A stretch of 38,774 bases of DNA from the NCBI GenBank assembly GCA_012798795.1, contig JAAZMN010000038.1, positions 1-38,774 on the forward strand, written 5' to 3'. Position 1 is the stretch's first letter. Every line of letters starts with the position of its first letter. The notes under the pieces were generated by a model. The model was not told the DNA's origin and ran no database searches. It saw only the letters and a list, made by a program, of their open reading frames with translations. The translations under genes and the position numbers were made by a program. Below are positions 26,808 through 35,902 of the stretch, in pieces. Source of the stretch: Bacillota bacterium. Lineage in GTDB: Bacteria; Bacillota; Limnochordia; Darwinibacteriales; DTU012.

Positions 26808-28358
26808 GTGAACGATATAGAACTATTTGTAGAAATTATCAAGTATGCCGTAATTGCTTTAATTGCAGCGGCGTTAGGATATTTAATCCGTAAGACTATT
26901 GCAGAGGCAAAGATTTCATCAGCAGAAGAAGAAGCTAAACGTATTGTTGCAGACGCAGAAAAAGAAGCAGAAGCAATAAAACGAGAAGCAATTATTGAAG
27001 CTAAAGATGAAATATTTAAAATGCGCAATGACGTAGAGCGAGAAAATCGTGAGAGAAGATCTGAATTACATCAGATGGAACGCCGTTTGATGCAAAAAGA
27101 AGAAGCTCTTGATCGCAAAAGTGGTTCTTTAGAGCGAAAAGATGAGAGCCTGCAGCATAAACAGAAAGAAATTGAGCATACACAGCAAGAGATCAATGAA
27201 ATATTAGAGAATCAGCGTAAAGAGTTAGAACGGCTGTCAGGTTTAACTGCAGAAGACGCAAGAACAATAATACTACAGCAAGTTGAAGACGATGTAAAAC
27301 ACGAAACTGCAATAATGATTAAGGACATTGAAAACCAGGCAAAGGAAGAAGCCGAAAAACGAGCTCGCAATATAATATCATTGGCAATTCAAAGAAATGC
27401 AGCGGATCATGTTGCGGAAACTACAGTATCTGTTGTCAATTTGCCGAATGATGAAATGAAGGGTAGAATAATTGGACGTGAAGGTCGAAATATCAGGGCA
27501 CTTGAGACTCTGACAGGTATTGATCTAATAATTGATGATACACCTGAAGCGGTTATTCTCTCTGGTTTTGACCCAATTCGGCGTGAGATTGCCCGAGTAG
27601 CTCTGGAGAAACTGATTGTTGATGGACGTATCCATCCTGCTCGTATCGAAGAAATGGTAGAAAAAGCACGCAAAGAAGTAGAAGCAGTAATTCGCGATGC
27701 AGGTGAACAAGCAACATTTGATGCTGATGTTCATGGTTTACATCCTGAAATTATCAAGTATTTAGGACGGTTGCGCTTTAGGACAAGTTATGGGCAAAAT
27801 GTACTAAATCATTCGATTGAAGTTGCAAACCTTGCAAGTATTATGGCTGCAGAACTTGGTGCTGATGCCCGTTTGGCACGGCGTGCCGGTTTACTTCATG
27901 ATATTGGTAAAGCAATAGATCATGAAGTCGAAGGAACGCATGTTGAAATTGGTATTGATCTGCTTAAAAGATTTAAAGAAAACAATGATGTAATTCATGC
28001 CATGTCTTGTCATCATGGAGATTATGAACCTGAAACCATTGAGGCAGTTTTAGTATCCGCTGCAGATGCTATTTCTGCTGCTCGTCCCGGTGCAAGACGC
28101 GAAACGCTTGAAACATATATTAAACGTCTGCAGAGACTTGAAGAAATAGCTAATGATTTTGATGGAGTCGAAAAGTCTTTTGCAATTCAAGCGGGTAGAG
28201 AAATTCGGATTATTGTAAGACCAGATCGGGTAAGCGACGTATATTCTGCAAAAATTGCACGGGATATTGTTAAACGAATTGAAAGCGAATTAGAATATCC
28301 CGGTCAAATTAAGGTTACGGTTATTCGTGAAACTCGTGCTGTTGAATATGCTAAATAA
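26808..28358 (+). CDS. rny: Ribonuclease Y
   Basis: N-terminal TM, coiled coil, [16 protein letters not shown] domain LLHDIGK. Confidence 0.98.
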   Translation: MNDIELFVEIIKYAVIALIAAALGYLIRKTIAEAKISSAEEEAKRIVADAEKEAEAIKREAIIEAKDEIFKMRNDVERENRERRSELHQMERRLMQKEEALDRKSGSLERKDESLQHKQKEIEHTQQEINEILENQRKELERLSGLTAEDARTIILQQVEDDVKHETAIMIKDIENQAKEEAEKRARNIISLAIQRNAADHVAETTVSVVNLPNDEMKGRIIGREGRNIRALETLTGIDLIIDDTPEAVILSGFDPIRREIARVALEKLIVDGRIHPARIEEMVEKARKEVEAVIRDAGEQATFDADVHGLHPEIIKYLGRLRFRTSYGQNVLNHSIEVANLASIMAAELGADARLARRAGLLHDIGKAIDHEVEGTHVEIGIDLLKRFKENNDVIHAMSCHHGDYEPETIEAVLVSAADAISAARPGARRETLETYIKRLQRLEEIANDFDGVEKSFAIQAGREIRIIVRPDRVSDVYSAKIARDIVKRIESELEYPGQIKVTVIRETRAVEYAK

Positions 28359-28385
28359 GCCGGGCTATATCCTGGCTTTATTTTT
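28357..28385 (+). terminator. Terminator-like hairpin after rny
   Basis: AAGCCGGG-ctatat-CCTGGCTT then TATTTTT. Confidence 0.55.
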
Positions 28386-28426
28386 CTTAAAGTTAGGTGC
28401 CGATATTATTAGTTAGGAGGATTTTC

Positions 28427-29209
28427 TTGCGAATACTATTACTCGGTGACATATATGGACGTCCCGGCCGGGAAATGGTGAGAGAATACTTGCCGGAAAT
28501 AACAACTTTATATAGCCCTAATTTCATTGTTGCCAACGGCGAAAATTCTGCCGGTGGCTTTGGAATTACAGAGAAAGTAGCGGAAGAATTATTTGGTATG
28601 GGTGTAAATGTGATTACCAGCGGTAATCACATTTGGGACAAAAAGGAAGTTTATTCGTATCTTGATCAAGAGATGCGGCTTTTGCGTCCTGCTAACTATC
28701 CTCCACAAGTTCCGGGGCAGTATTTATATCTTACTGAAGTTCAAGGTAAGTCCATTGCTGTAATTAATTTGATTGGTCGGGTATTCATGGGTGATTATGA
28801 TTGTCCTTTTAGAAGATTTGATCAGGTATTTGCCGAAATAAATAAAGAGACTTCAATAGTTATAGTAGATTTTCACGGGGAAGCTACATCGGAGAAACAG
28901 GCGTTTGCATGGTATGTTGACGGCAGGGCTAGTGTAGTAGTAGGCACTCATACTCATGTGCCGACTAGCGATGAGCGGATTTTGCCTAGAGGTACTGCAT
29001 ATACTACTGATTTAGGTATGTGTGGGCCATTAAACGGAATTTTAGGAGTTGACCGTGATATCGTCATTAATAGATTTTTAACTCAGCTTCCCGCAAGATT
29101 TTCTGTTGCCAAAGGGCCGAGACAACTATGCGGAGTTATAGTGGATATTGACGTTAATGGGAAAGCTCAGAAAATTTTCCGAATTTATTACGAGAAAAAT
29201 ATTGTGTAA
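28427..29209 (+). CDS. ymdB: YmdB (TIGR00282) metallophosphoesterase
   Basis: GDIYG, NGEN, SGNH, DFHGEATSEK, GTHTHV; TTG 28427 after AGGAGG. Confidence 0.95.
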   Translation: MRILLLGDIYGRPGREMVREYLPEITTLYSPNFIVANGENSAGGFGITEKVAEELFGMGVNVITSGNHIWDKKEVYSYLDQEMRLLRPANYPPQVPGQYLYLTEVQGKSIAVINLIGRVFMGDYDCPFRRFDQVFAEINKETSIVIVDFHGEATSEKQAFAWYVDGRASVVVGTHTHVPTSDERILPRGTAYTTDLGMCGPLNGILGVDRDIVINRFLTQLPARFSVAKGPRQLCGVIVDIDVNGKAQKIFRIYYEKNIV

Positions 29210-29306
29210 AAAAGAGGTATTTTGACCTTTAAGCTTAATATATATATATAAATGGCAGAATTTATGGATAAGAGGAAGAAATGCAAAAAAGGGAGGTCAC
29301 TTACAC

Positions 29307-29567
29307 ATGGAAGTATTAAAGGTTTCGGCAAAGTCTAGTCCAAACTCTGTGGCAGGTGCATTAGCAGGGGTTTTAAGAGAACGTGGGAGAGCGGAAGTCC
29401 AAGCAATTGGAGCAGGTGCGTTAAATCAGGCGGTCAAAGCTGTGGCTATTGCAAGAGGTTTTGTGGCCCCGAGCGGCATGGATCTTATTTGCATTCCGGC
29501 TTTTACAGACATTATGATCGATGATGAAGAAAGAACGGCGATTAAGTTAATTGTAGAGCCGCGGTAG
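29307..29567 (+). CDS. spoVS: Stage V sporulation protein S
   Basis: MEVLKVSAKSSPNSVAGALAG...ERTAIKLIVEPR. Confidence 0.98.
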   Translation: MEVLKVSAKSSPNSVAGALAGVLRERGRAEVQAIGAGALNQAVKAVAIARGFVAPSGMDLICIPAFTDIMIDDEERTAIKLIVEPR

Positions 29568-29583
29568 AGTTGTTTTTTATCTT

Positions 29584-29620
29584 AACCTGTTTGTTTTATA
29601 ATAAAACAAACAGGTTTTAT
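29584..29620 (+). terminator. Terminator after spoVS
   Basis: Perfect 16-nt arms AACCTGTTTGTTTTAT / ATAAAACAAACAGGTT, T-rich tail. Confidence 0.7.
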
Positions 29621-29636
29621 TATTTTAGAGGGAGAT

Positions 29637-30608
29637 TTGTTGATGTTTATTTTTGATGCTCATATTGATACTTTACAAAAGTTGGTTCAAAGTAATGGAT
29701 TATATGATTTGGCATCTATACCGAATACCCACGTCAATTTGGCCAAAATGCAAACAGCTGGATTAAATGCCCAAATTTTTGCTGTCTTTATTCCTGAGAA
29801 TTATCGCCATGGATTAGCACTTCATAACGCCTCAGTTATGATTGATATATTTTGGCAGAATATGATTAAATATACTTCTGAGTTAATGCCCATTATGTGG
29901 CAGGATGAATTGTGCTTATTAACAGCGGAGACTAAACGAATTGGCTGTATTTTGTCTATAGAGGGCGGAGAAGCATTAGAAGGTCGGCTGGAAAACTTGC
30001 GCAACTTTTTTCGTTTGGGAGTTAGAGGTTTAACCTTAACATGGAATAATCGCAATGAATTAGCAGATGGTGTTGGCGAAGGAGAGCAGGCGTCAGGTTT
30101 AAGTGAATTTGGTCGGCAGGTTGTTGCTGAAATGAACAATTTGGGTATGATTATTGATGTATCTCATTTGGCTGAGAAAGGCTTTTGGGATGTTTTAAAG
30201 ATAAGCAAATTTCCGGTTATTGCCTCGCACTCAAATTCTTTTGCACGCTGCCAACACCGGCGCAACCTTAATGACAAACAGATTACCGCACTTGCTGATC
30301 AAGGCGGAGTAATTGGAGTAAATTTTTGCCCAGCTTTTCTGACAAATAATCCCAAAACTGCTGCTATAGATCATGTGGTTTCGCATATAGTTCATTTAAT
30401 AGATGTTGGAGGAAGTGAAGCAGTCGGTTTAGGTTCGGATTTTGACGGCATTGCCTCAGTTCCTCAAGGCCTTGAGGACATATCTAGAGTGAATGAAATC
30501 ATTACTAAGCTAAAAAACCATGGTTATCCGGAATCAGTTATCGAAAAAGTGATGGGCCTGAATTTCCTTAGAGTTTTAAAGCAAGTATTTCCACAAAAGA
30601 GCTTATAA
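29637..30608 (+). CDS. Peptidase M19 family (renal-type) dipeptidase
   Basis: DAHIDT, SIEG, LTWN, IDVSH, ASHSN, GSDFDG; exact start (29637/29640/29643) uncertain. Confidence 0.92.
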   Translation: MLMFIFDAHIDTLQKLVQSNGLYDLASIPNTHVNLAKMQTAGLNAQIFAVFIPENYRHGLALHNASVMIDIFWQNMIKYTSELMPIMWQDELCLLTAETKRIGCILSIEGGEALEGRLENLRNFFRLGVRGLTLTWNNRNELADGVGEGEQASGLSEFGRQVVAEMNNLGMIIDVSHLAEKGFWDVLKISKFPVIASHSNSFARCQHRRNLNDKQITALADQGGVIGVNFCPAFLTNNPKTAAIDHVVSHIVHLIDVGGSEAVGLGSDFDGIASVPQGLEDISRVNEIITKLKNHGYPESVIEKVMGLNFLRVLKQVFPQKSL

Positions 30609-30623
30609 ATAAGCTCTTTTTTT
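30595..30623 (+). terminator. Intrinsic terminator after dipeptidase
   Basis: AAAAGAGCTTA-taaa-TAAGCTCTTTT then TTT. Confidence 0.75.
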
Positions 30624-30650
30624 GGTTATACTAAAATGGTTATACTAAAA
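30623..30650 (+). repeat. Perfect 14-bp tandem duplication
   Basis: TGGTTATACTAAAA x2. Confidence 0.9.
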
Positions 30651-30667
30651 ATGGAGGTGTTAGTTAA

Positions 30668-30883
30668 ATGTCGGTTGTGAAGATTATTGAACTTGTAGGC
30701 CAATCGGATTTAAGCTGGGAGGAAGCTGTTAAAAGAGCTGTTAAAGAAGCCGCTAAGACCATAAGAAATATTAGTGGCGTAAAAGTTCTAAATTGCACCG
30801 GTAATGTCAATAATAAAGGAGAAATAATCGAATACAAGGCAAATGTTCAAATTGCTTTTCGTGTAGAACCGGAAAGTGATTAG
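30668..30883 (+). CDS. Dodecin family protein
   Basis: VVKIIELVGQS..SWEEAV..AV.EA.KT.R, IIEYKANVQIAF; 71 aa. Confidence 0.9.
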   Translation: MSVVKIIELVGQSDLSWEEAVKRAVKEAAKTIRNISGVKVLNCTGNVNNKGEIIEYKANVQIAFRVEPESD

Positions 30884-30959
30884 TTTTAAACCTAGGATAA
30901 TAACCAGATTGTTTTTTGGCTATACTATGGAAGGATAAATCTGAAAATGAGGTGATTTT

Positions 30960-31292
30960 ATGGATTGGCTTGGCGCGGTTGTTCGCTTTGTTGTTTCAGC
31001 TTTAGTGTTGATGGTTGTCGGTTATATCATACCTGGATTTAGTGCTTTAGGTTTTTGGAATGCACTGCTGGCAGCTGTAGTTATAGCAGCAATCGGATGG
31101 GTTATTGAAGCTACTCTTGGAAAACGGGTCTCTCCGTATAGCCGAGGAATTGTGGGCTTTCTCGTTTCAGCAATTGTGATCTGGACCACTCAATTTATTG
31201 TTCCAGAGATGGAGGTGACATTTTTAGGAGCGCTGTTAGCGGCATTCGTCATTGGAATAATAGACATGTTTGTACCCACAACAGTTCGTTAA
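30960..31292 (+). CDS. Small 4-TM membrane protein, YvlD-like 'phage holin family'
   Basis: 110 aa with internal duplication (IPGF.ALGFWNALLAA / VPEMEVTFLGALLAA). Confidence 0.75.
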   Translation: MDWLGAVVRFVVSALVLMVVGYIIPGFSALGFWNALLAAVVIAAIGWVIEATLGKRVSPYSRGIVGFLVSAIVIWTTQFIVPEMEVTFLGALLAAFVIGIIDMFVPTTVR

Positions 31293-31297
31293 CAAGG

Positions 31298-31321
31298 AAA
31301 AGCGCCACTAAGGCGCTTTTT
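31298..31321 (+). terminator. Intrinsic terminator
   Basis: AAAAGCGCC-actaa-GGCGCTTTTT. Confidence 0.65.
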
Positions 31322-31353
31322 ACAAAAGGCAGTAGGTAGAGGGAGCAGTATTT

Positions 31354-32808
31354 ATGGCAAACAATGTCCACAAGAAGTTGGATGCTAACTTAGAAATCAT
31401 CAAGCAGGAACTTGGAGTCGGGGTAACTTTTGATGTTCTCATCCGTGAGTTTAATGCTGCAGATCGAAAAGCAGCCATCATATTTATTGACGGATTTATT
31501 AAAGATCGAGAAACAACCGTAGTAATGAAAACCTTAATGCAGATTCCTAAGGGAAGTTTGGCCATCAATGGATTAGAGAAAATTCTTACAAATCATTTAC
31601 CTTATTTTGAGTTGGAAGCCACCGATAATCTTGAAGATGCAATTGATCAAATGTTAGCAGGGCCGCTAATTTTATTAGTGGACGGAATCGAATCGGCAGT
31701 GATAATTGATGTAAGAGAGTATCCTGTCCGTGGTGTGGAAGAACCTGACTTAGAACGTGTTACCAGAGGCTCAAGAGAGGGTTTTGTGGAAACAGCGATA
31801 TTTAATACCATTATGGTGAGAAGGCGAATAAGGGATCCAAAATTACGATTTGAAGCACTTCAGGTAGGAAAGCGTTCAAAGACTGATGTTTTCATTGGTT
31901 ATATTGAAGATATAGCTGATCAATCTTTGGTTAAGGAAGTAAAAAAGCGAATTAATAAAATCAATTGCGATGCGCTGCCTATGGGAGGGAAAAATCTTGA
32001 GGAGTATATATTTGGAACTGCGCTAAACCCACTTCCTGTTACTAGATATACAGAACGCCCAGATGTTACTGCTGCTCATCTTTATGAAGGGCATATTGCT
32101 ATATTTGTAGATACATCACCCTTTGCTATGCTTTTGCCGGTAACTGCTTGGCACTTTACACAGCATGCTGAGGAGTATTTCCAAAATCCTCCTGTCGGAA
32201 CCTATTTACGGTGGGTAAGAACTCTGGGAATTATTATCTCAATTTTGCTGATTCCTGTTTGGTATGCGTTAGTAAATACAAAAAATTTACCTGATTGGTT
32301 AAGCTGGATCGGGCCAAAGCAGATGGGTGTAGTTCCCTTGTGGCTTCAGTTCTTAATTTTAGAATTCGGATTGGATCTAATTCGCATGGCATTTGTACAT
32401 ACACCTAATGCTTTAGCAACTTCATTAGGTATTGTAGGAGGTATACTTTTAGGTGATTTGGCAGTACAAGTCGGTGTTTTTGCACCTGAATCTATTCTCT
32501 ATATTGCTATTGTAGCTATAGGAACTTTCGGCACACCGAGTCTTGAATTTGCTTTAGCTTTGCGATTATTCCGTTATTTGATATTTCTCGGCACTGTTCT
32601 ATTTGGTTGGATTGGTTTCTTTGCAAGTCTGTTAATCAGTGTATTAATCTTTGGTTTAACTAAATCATTTGGTTTGCCATACCTTTGGCCGTTGATCCCA
32701 TTTGACGGCAAAGCTCTGCTGAGGATTATATTTCGCTATCCTATTCCAAATGTCAGTATGCGGCCTACTGCAATATCTAAAAAGGATAGTGATACTCGAA
32801 GCAAATAA
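31354..32808 (+). CDS. spoVAF: GerA-family spore germination protein, SpoVAF-like
   Basis: FDVLIRE, EEPDLERVTRGSREGFVET, TERPD, VDTSP, QHAEEY, SFGLPYLWP; no B/C subunit genes adjacent; upstream of lysA. Confidence 0.75.
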   Translation: MANNVHKKLDANLEIIKQELGVGVTFDVLIREFNAADRKAAIIFIDGFIKDRETTVVMKTLMQIPKGSLAINGLEKILTNHLPYFELEATDNLEDAIDQMLAGPLILLVDGIESAVIIDVREYPVRGVEEPDLERVTRGSREGFVETAIFNTIMVRRRIRDPKLRFEALQVGKRSKTDVFIGYIEDIADQSLVKEVKKRINKINCDALPMGGKNLEEYIFGTALNPLPVTRYTERPDVTAAHLYEGHIAIFVDTSPFAMLLPVTAWHFTQHAEEYFQNPPVGTYLRWVRTLGIIISILLIPVWYALVNTKNLPDWLSWIGPKQMGVVPLWLQFLILEFGLDLIRMAFVHTPNALATSLGIVGGILLGDLAVQVGVFAPESILYIAIVAIGTFGTPSLEFALALRLFRYLIFLGTVLFGWIGFFASLLISVLIFGLTKSFGLPYLWPLIPFDGKALLRIIFRYPIPNVSMRPTAISKKDSDTRSK

Positions 32809-32821
32809 AAGGAGGAGATTT

Positions 32822-33775
32822 ATGAGAATAGGGATACCGCGGGCATTATATTATTATCGCTATTTTCCTTTTTGGCAATCTTTCTTTGAAGACTTAGGCT
32901 GTCAAGTGGTAGTTTCTGATAAAACTACAAGGAATACCATGGATGTGGGAGTATCTTTAACAGTTGATGGTCTATGCCTGCCTGTAAAGGTCTATGTAGG
33001 TCATGTTAGTGAGCTTATTGACAAAGATATTGATTATCTATTTGTGCCTAGGATTATCAGTACAGCCAAACGCGAATATATTTGTCCAAAATTTATGGGA
33101 TTACCGGATATAGTGAAAAATAGCATTAAAAATTGTCCGCCGATACTTGCACCGGTAGTGGATGGACGTGTAAGCAGTTTAAATATCATGAAGGCCTATG
33201 TAAAGTTAGGAATGAGGTTTGCTCCACTGCCGCAGGCTTCTTTTGCCTATTTAAAGTCTGTAAAGAAACAGCATCAGTACGAAACAGCAGCTAGAGAAAA
33301 GAATTTGAATAATCCAAAGAATATAGTATTCGACTATCTGACTATCGGTATATTAGGGCATGAATACCTGATTAATGATGATTATATTAATATGGGAACG
33401 ATGAGATGGCTGAAAGCAGCTAACTGTCGGATTGTAACTATGGAAGAATTAACTGAAAGTACAATTAATCGACATGTAGGTAAGCTGAAGCTGAAAAGAA
33501 TGTTTTGGACGTCAGGTAAAAGGCTCTTAGGAGCATTCCATCATTTTCGGGGGCGAGTGGATGGAATTATTTCCATAGCGGCTTTTTCTTGTGGCACGGA
33601 TTCTTTGACGATGGATTTAGTAGAGCGTTATAGCTGTCGTTATCATGTACCTCATTTTCAGTTGAGCCTTGATGAACACACAGGAGAAGCCGGTGTTATT
33701 ACAAGGTTAGAAGCTTTTCTGGAACTATTGATTAGGAGGAAGAAACTTGAAGCTGACCATGCCGCATATGGGTAA
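32822..33775 (+). CDS. DUF2229 / dehydratase-reductase-like Fe-S subunit 1
   Basis: IGIPRAL, CLPVK...GH, CPKFMGLPD, FSCGTDS, DEHTGEAG..TRLEAF; ATG 32822 after AGGAGG. Confidence 0.85.
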   Translation: MRIGIPRALYYYRYFPFWQSFFEDLGCQVVVSDKTTRNTMDVGVSLTVDGLCLPVKVYVGHVSELIDKDIDYLFVPRIISTAKREYICPKFMGLPDIVKNSIKNCPPILAPVVDGRVSSLNIMKAYVKLGMRFAPLPQASFAYLKSVKKQHQYETAAREKNLNNPKNIVFDYLTIGILGHEYLINDDYINMGTMRWLKAANCRIVTMEELTESTINRHVGKLKLKRMFWTSGKRLLGAFHHFRGRVDGIISIAAFSCGTDSLTMDLVERYSCRYHVPHFQLSLDEHTGEAGVITRLEAFLELLIRRKKLEADHAAYG

Positions 33776-34862
33776 TTGCTATATAGCAGCTGAAGCTTTA
33801 TTTAATGAGATGGGCCACGAAGTGATTGTACCACCTTTATCTAGTAAAAAAACTCTCGATCTGGGTACCAAGTACAGTCCTGAAACAGCCTGTTTGCCTT
33901 TAAAGCTAAATGTAGGTAATTTTTTGGAAGCTATTGAAATGGGAGCAGAGATTATAATAATGATTGGCGGCAGAGGGCCTTGCCGTCTTGGCTATTATGC
34001 CGCGGTAGAACAGGAAATACTGCGTGATTTAGGTATACAAATCGACTTTATTATTCTTGAACACCCCAGAGATAACTTCCACAAATTACAAAAGCAATTA
34101 AGAATTTTAATTGCCAAGAAAGGAATTAAAGGATTAATCAATGGCCTGCGGTTGGCATGGGAAAAATTAGGTGCCATAGAAGAGCTGGAAAGGACTTCAC
34201 ATGTAGTTCGACCTCGAGAAATACATCAAGGCGAAACCTCAGAGCTATTGAAAAAGCTGTTATTACAATTAAGAATGACTAATACAATCGCAGAGATAAG
34301 AAAAATACGTCGATTAGGCTTGAGCAAGATGCAGAGTTTGGCTGTAAACAGGGAAATACAGCCGTTAAAAATTGGCATAGTTGGCGAAATATATACGATA
34401 CTTGAATCGTTTGCAAATCTAAATTTAGAGGAACGGTTAGGGGATCTAAAAGTTGAGGTTACTCGTACAGTAAATTTAGTTGATTGGATTAAAGAACATT
34501 TGATTTTAAGTTCAATAGGGCTGTACAGCAATAAGCATTTATTGGAGAAAGCCGCTGGATATTTACACAGCTTTGTCGGTGGTCATGGACTTGAATCTGT
34601 AGCAAGAACTGTGATGCTGGCTGAAGCTGATTATCACGGAGTAATCCATATCCTGCCTTTTACTTGTATGCCCGAAATTATTGTTCAGGGTGCATTACTA
34701 AGGGTAAGCAGTGATTATAAGATACCGGTTATAACGCTTGTGGTTGATGAACATACCGGTGAAATGGGATTTCAGACAAGACTCGAAGCTTTTGTTGAGT
34801 TAATTGCCAGACGTTTGGAGGCAGAAAAACATGCAGAGAAGACAAGTCTATCTAGGTGTTGA
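33747..34862 (+). CDS. Dehydratase-reductase-like Fe-S subunit 2 (PlsR-like)
   Basis: PETACLPLK, GPCRLGYY, GIVGEIY, PFTCMPE, DEHTGEMGFQTRLEAF. Confidence 0.8.
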   Translation: MKLTMPHMGNCYIAAEALFNEMGHEVIVPPLSSKKTLDLGTKYSPETACLPLKLNVGNFLEAIEMGAEIIIMIGGRGPCRLGYYAAVEQEILRDLGIQIDFIILEHPRDNFHKLQKQLRILIAKKGIKGLINGLRLAWEKLGAIEELERTSHVVRPREIHQGETSELLKKLLLQLRMTNTIAEIRKIRRLGLSKMQSLAVNREIQPLKIGIVGEIYTILESFANLNLEERLGDLKVEVTRTVNLVDWIKEHLILSSIGLYSNKHLLEKAAGYLHSFVGGHGLESVARTVMLAEADYHGVIHILPFTCMPEIIVQGALLRVSSDYKIPVITLVVDEHTGEMGFQTRLEAFVELIARRLEAEKHAEKTSLSRC

Positions 34863-35820
34863 TGTAGGTTCTGTTAGTACTAATTTGGTATTGATTGATT
34901 ACAGTACCTGCCAGGTTGTAAAAAAAATTTATTTAAGGACACAGGGTCGACCAATTGAAGTTTTACAGCTGGGAATGGAGCAGTTGGCTGCTAGTGGAAA
35001 CTGGCAGATATTGGGGGTAGGAACTACTGGCAGTGCCCGGCAGTTAGCAGGAGTAATGTTGGGTGCAGATGTTGTCAAGAATGAGATTACTGCTCATGCC
35101 ATAGCGGCTGCTCATGAAGAAGATAACGTAGGTACAATTATTGAAATCGGCGGACAGGATTCTAAAATTATAATTTTGCGCGACATGGTGGTAAGTGATT
35201 TTGCAATGAATACGGTATGTGCGGCAGGTACAGGTTCGTTTTTAGATCAGCAGGCTTCACGGCTGAATATTTCTATTGCTGATTTCGGTGACATTGCACT
35301 TCAAAGCAAAAATCCAGTGAGGATTGCCGGCCGCTGTACAGTTTTTGCAGAAAGTGATATGATTCATAAGCAGCAGCTGGGCCACAGCTTACCTGATATT
35401 CTTGCAGGCTTGTGCAGCGCCATGGTGCGCAATTATCTAAACAATGTAGGCAAGGGGAAAGAGATTAAAGCTAAAGTTATTTTTCAGGGTGGTGTGGCTG
35501 CCAACAAAGGTATGCGCCGCGCATTGAAAGAAGCACTGAACCTGGATATATATGTACCTAAACATTTTGATGTAATGGGAGCTTTAGGAGCTGCATTATT
35601 AGCGAAAGAGCACATTGATACAAAAGCAGTAACTCGATTTCATGGTTTTAAGATGATTAACAGTGCTTTTTCAAATGAAAGTTGGGAATGTAAAGACTGC
35701 CCCAATCACTGCGAAGTGGTTAATATTATCAGAGATGGAGAGATAATCGCTAGTTGGGGATCGCGCTGTGGAAAATATTCGGTAAATAAGGTGAAAACGC
35801 TTAATCTTGCTATTTTATAA
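34831..35820 (+). CDS. BadF/BadG/BcrA/BcrD-type ATP-dependent activase (archerase)
   Basis: GVDVGSVSTN, NEITAHA, EIGGQDSK, MNTVCAAGTGSF, RCTVFAES, C-terminal CKDCPNHC...GSRC; ATG 34831. Confidence 0.92.
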   Translation: MQRRQVYLGVDVGSVSTNLVLIDYSTCQVVKKIYLRTQGRPIEVLQLGMEQLAASGNWQILGVGTTGSARQLAGVMLGADVVKNEITAHAIAAAHEEDNVGTIIEIGGQDSKIIILRDMVVSDFAMNTVCAAGTGSFLDQQASRLNISIADFGDIALQSKNPVRIAGRCTVFAESDMIHKQQLGHSLPDILAGLCSAMVRNYLNNVGKGKEIKAKVIFQGGVAANKGMRRALKEALNLDIYVPKHFDVMGALGAALLAKEHIDTKAVTRFHGFKMINSAFSNESWECKDCPNHCEVVNIIRDGEIIASWGSRCGKYSVNKVKTLNLAIL

Positions 35821-35835
35821 TCAGTATGTTAAAAT
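35807..35835 (+). promoter_or_regulatory. sigmaA promoter of lysA
   Basis: TTGCTA-N17-TAAAAT with TG extension. Confidence 0.65.
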
Positions 35836-35852
35836 ATTACTGTATTATTTGT

Positions 35853-35872
35853 CCCCGCTTTTGCGGGGTTTT
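35853..35872 (+). terminator. GC-rich hairpin with T tract
   Basis: CCCCGC-tttt-GCGGGG-TTTT. Confidence 0.6.
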
Positions 35873-35902
35873 GTATATTGTATATGCCTGGGAGGAACTG
35901 AT

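Noticed and set aside
30960-31292. Prophage lysis gene
   Set aside because: No endolysin, integrase or structural phage genes; the family label alone is not evidence.
35821-35902. Lysine riboswitch or T-box
   Set aside because: The intergenic region is about 80 nt and lacks the conserved motifs.
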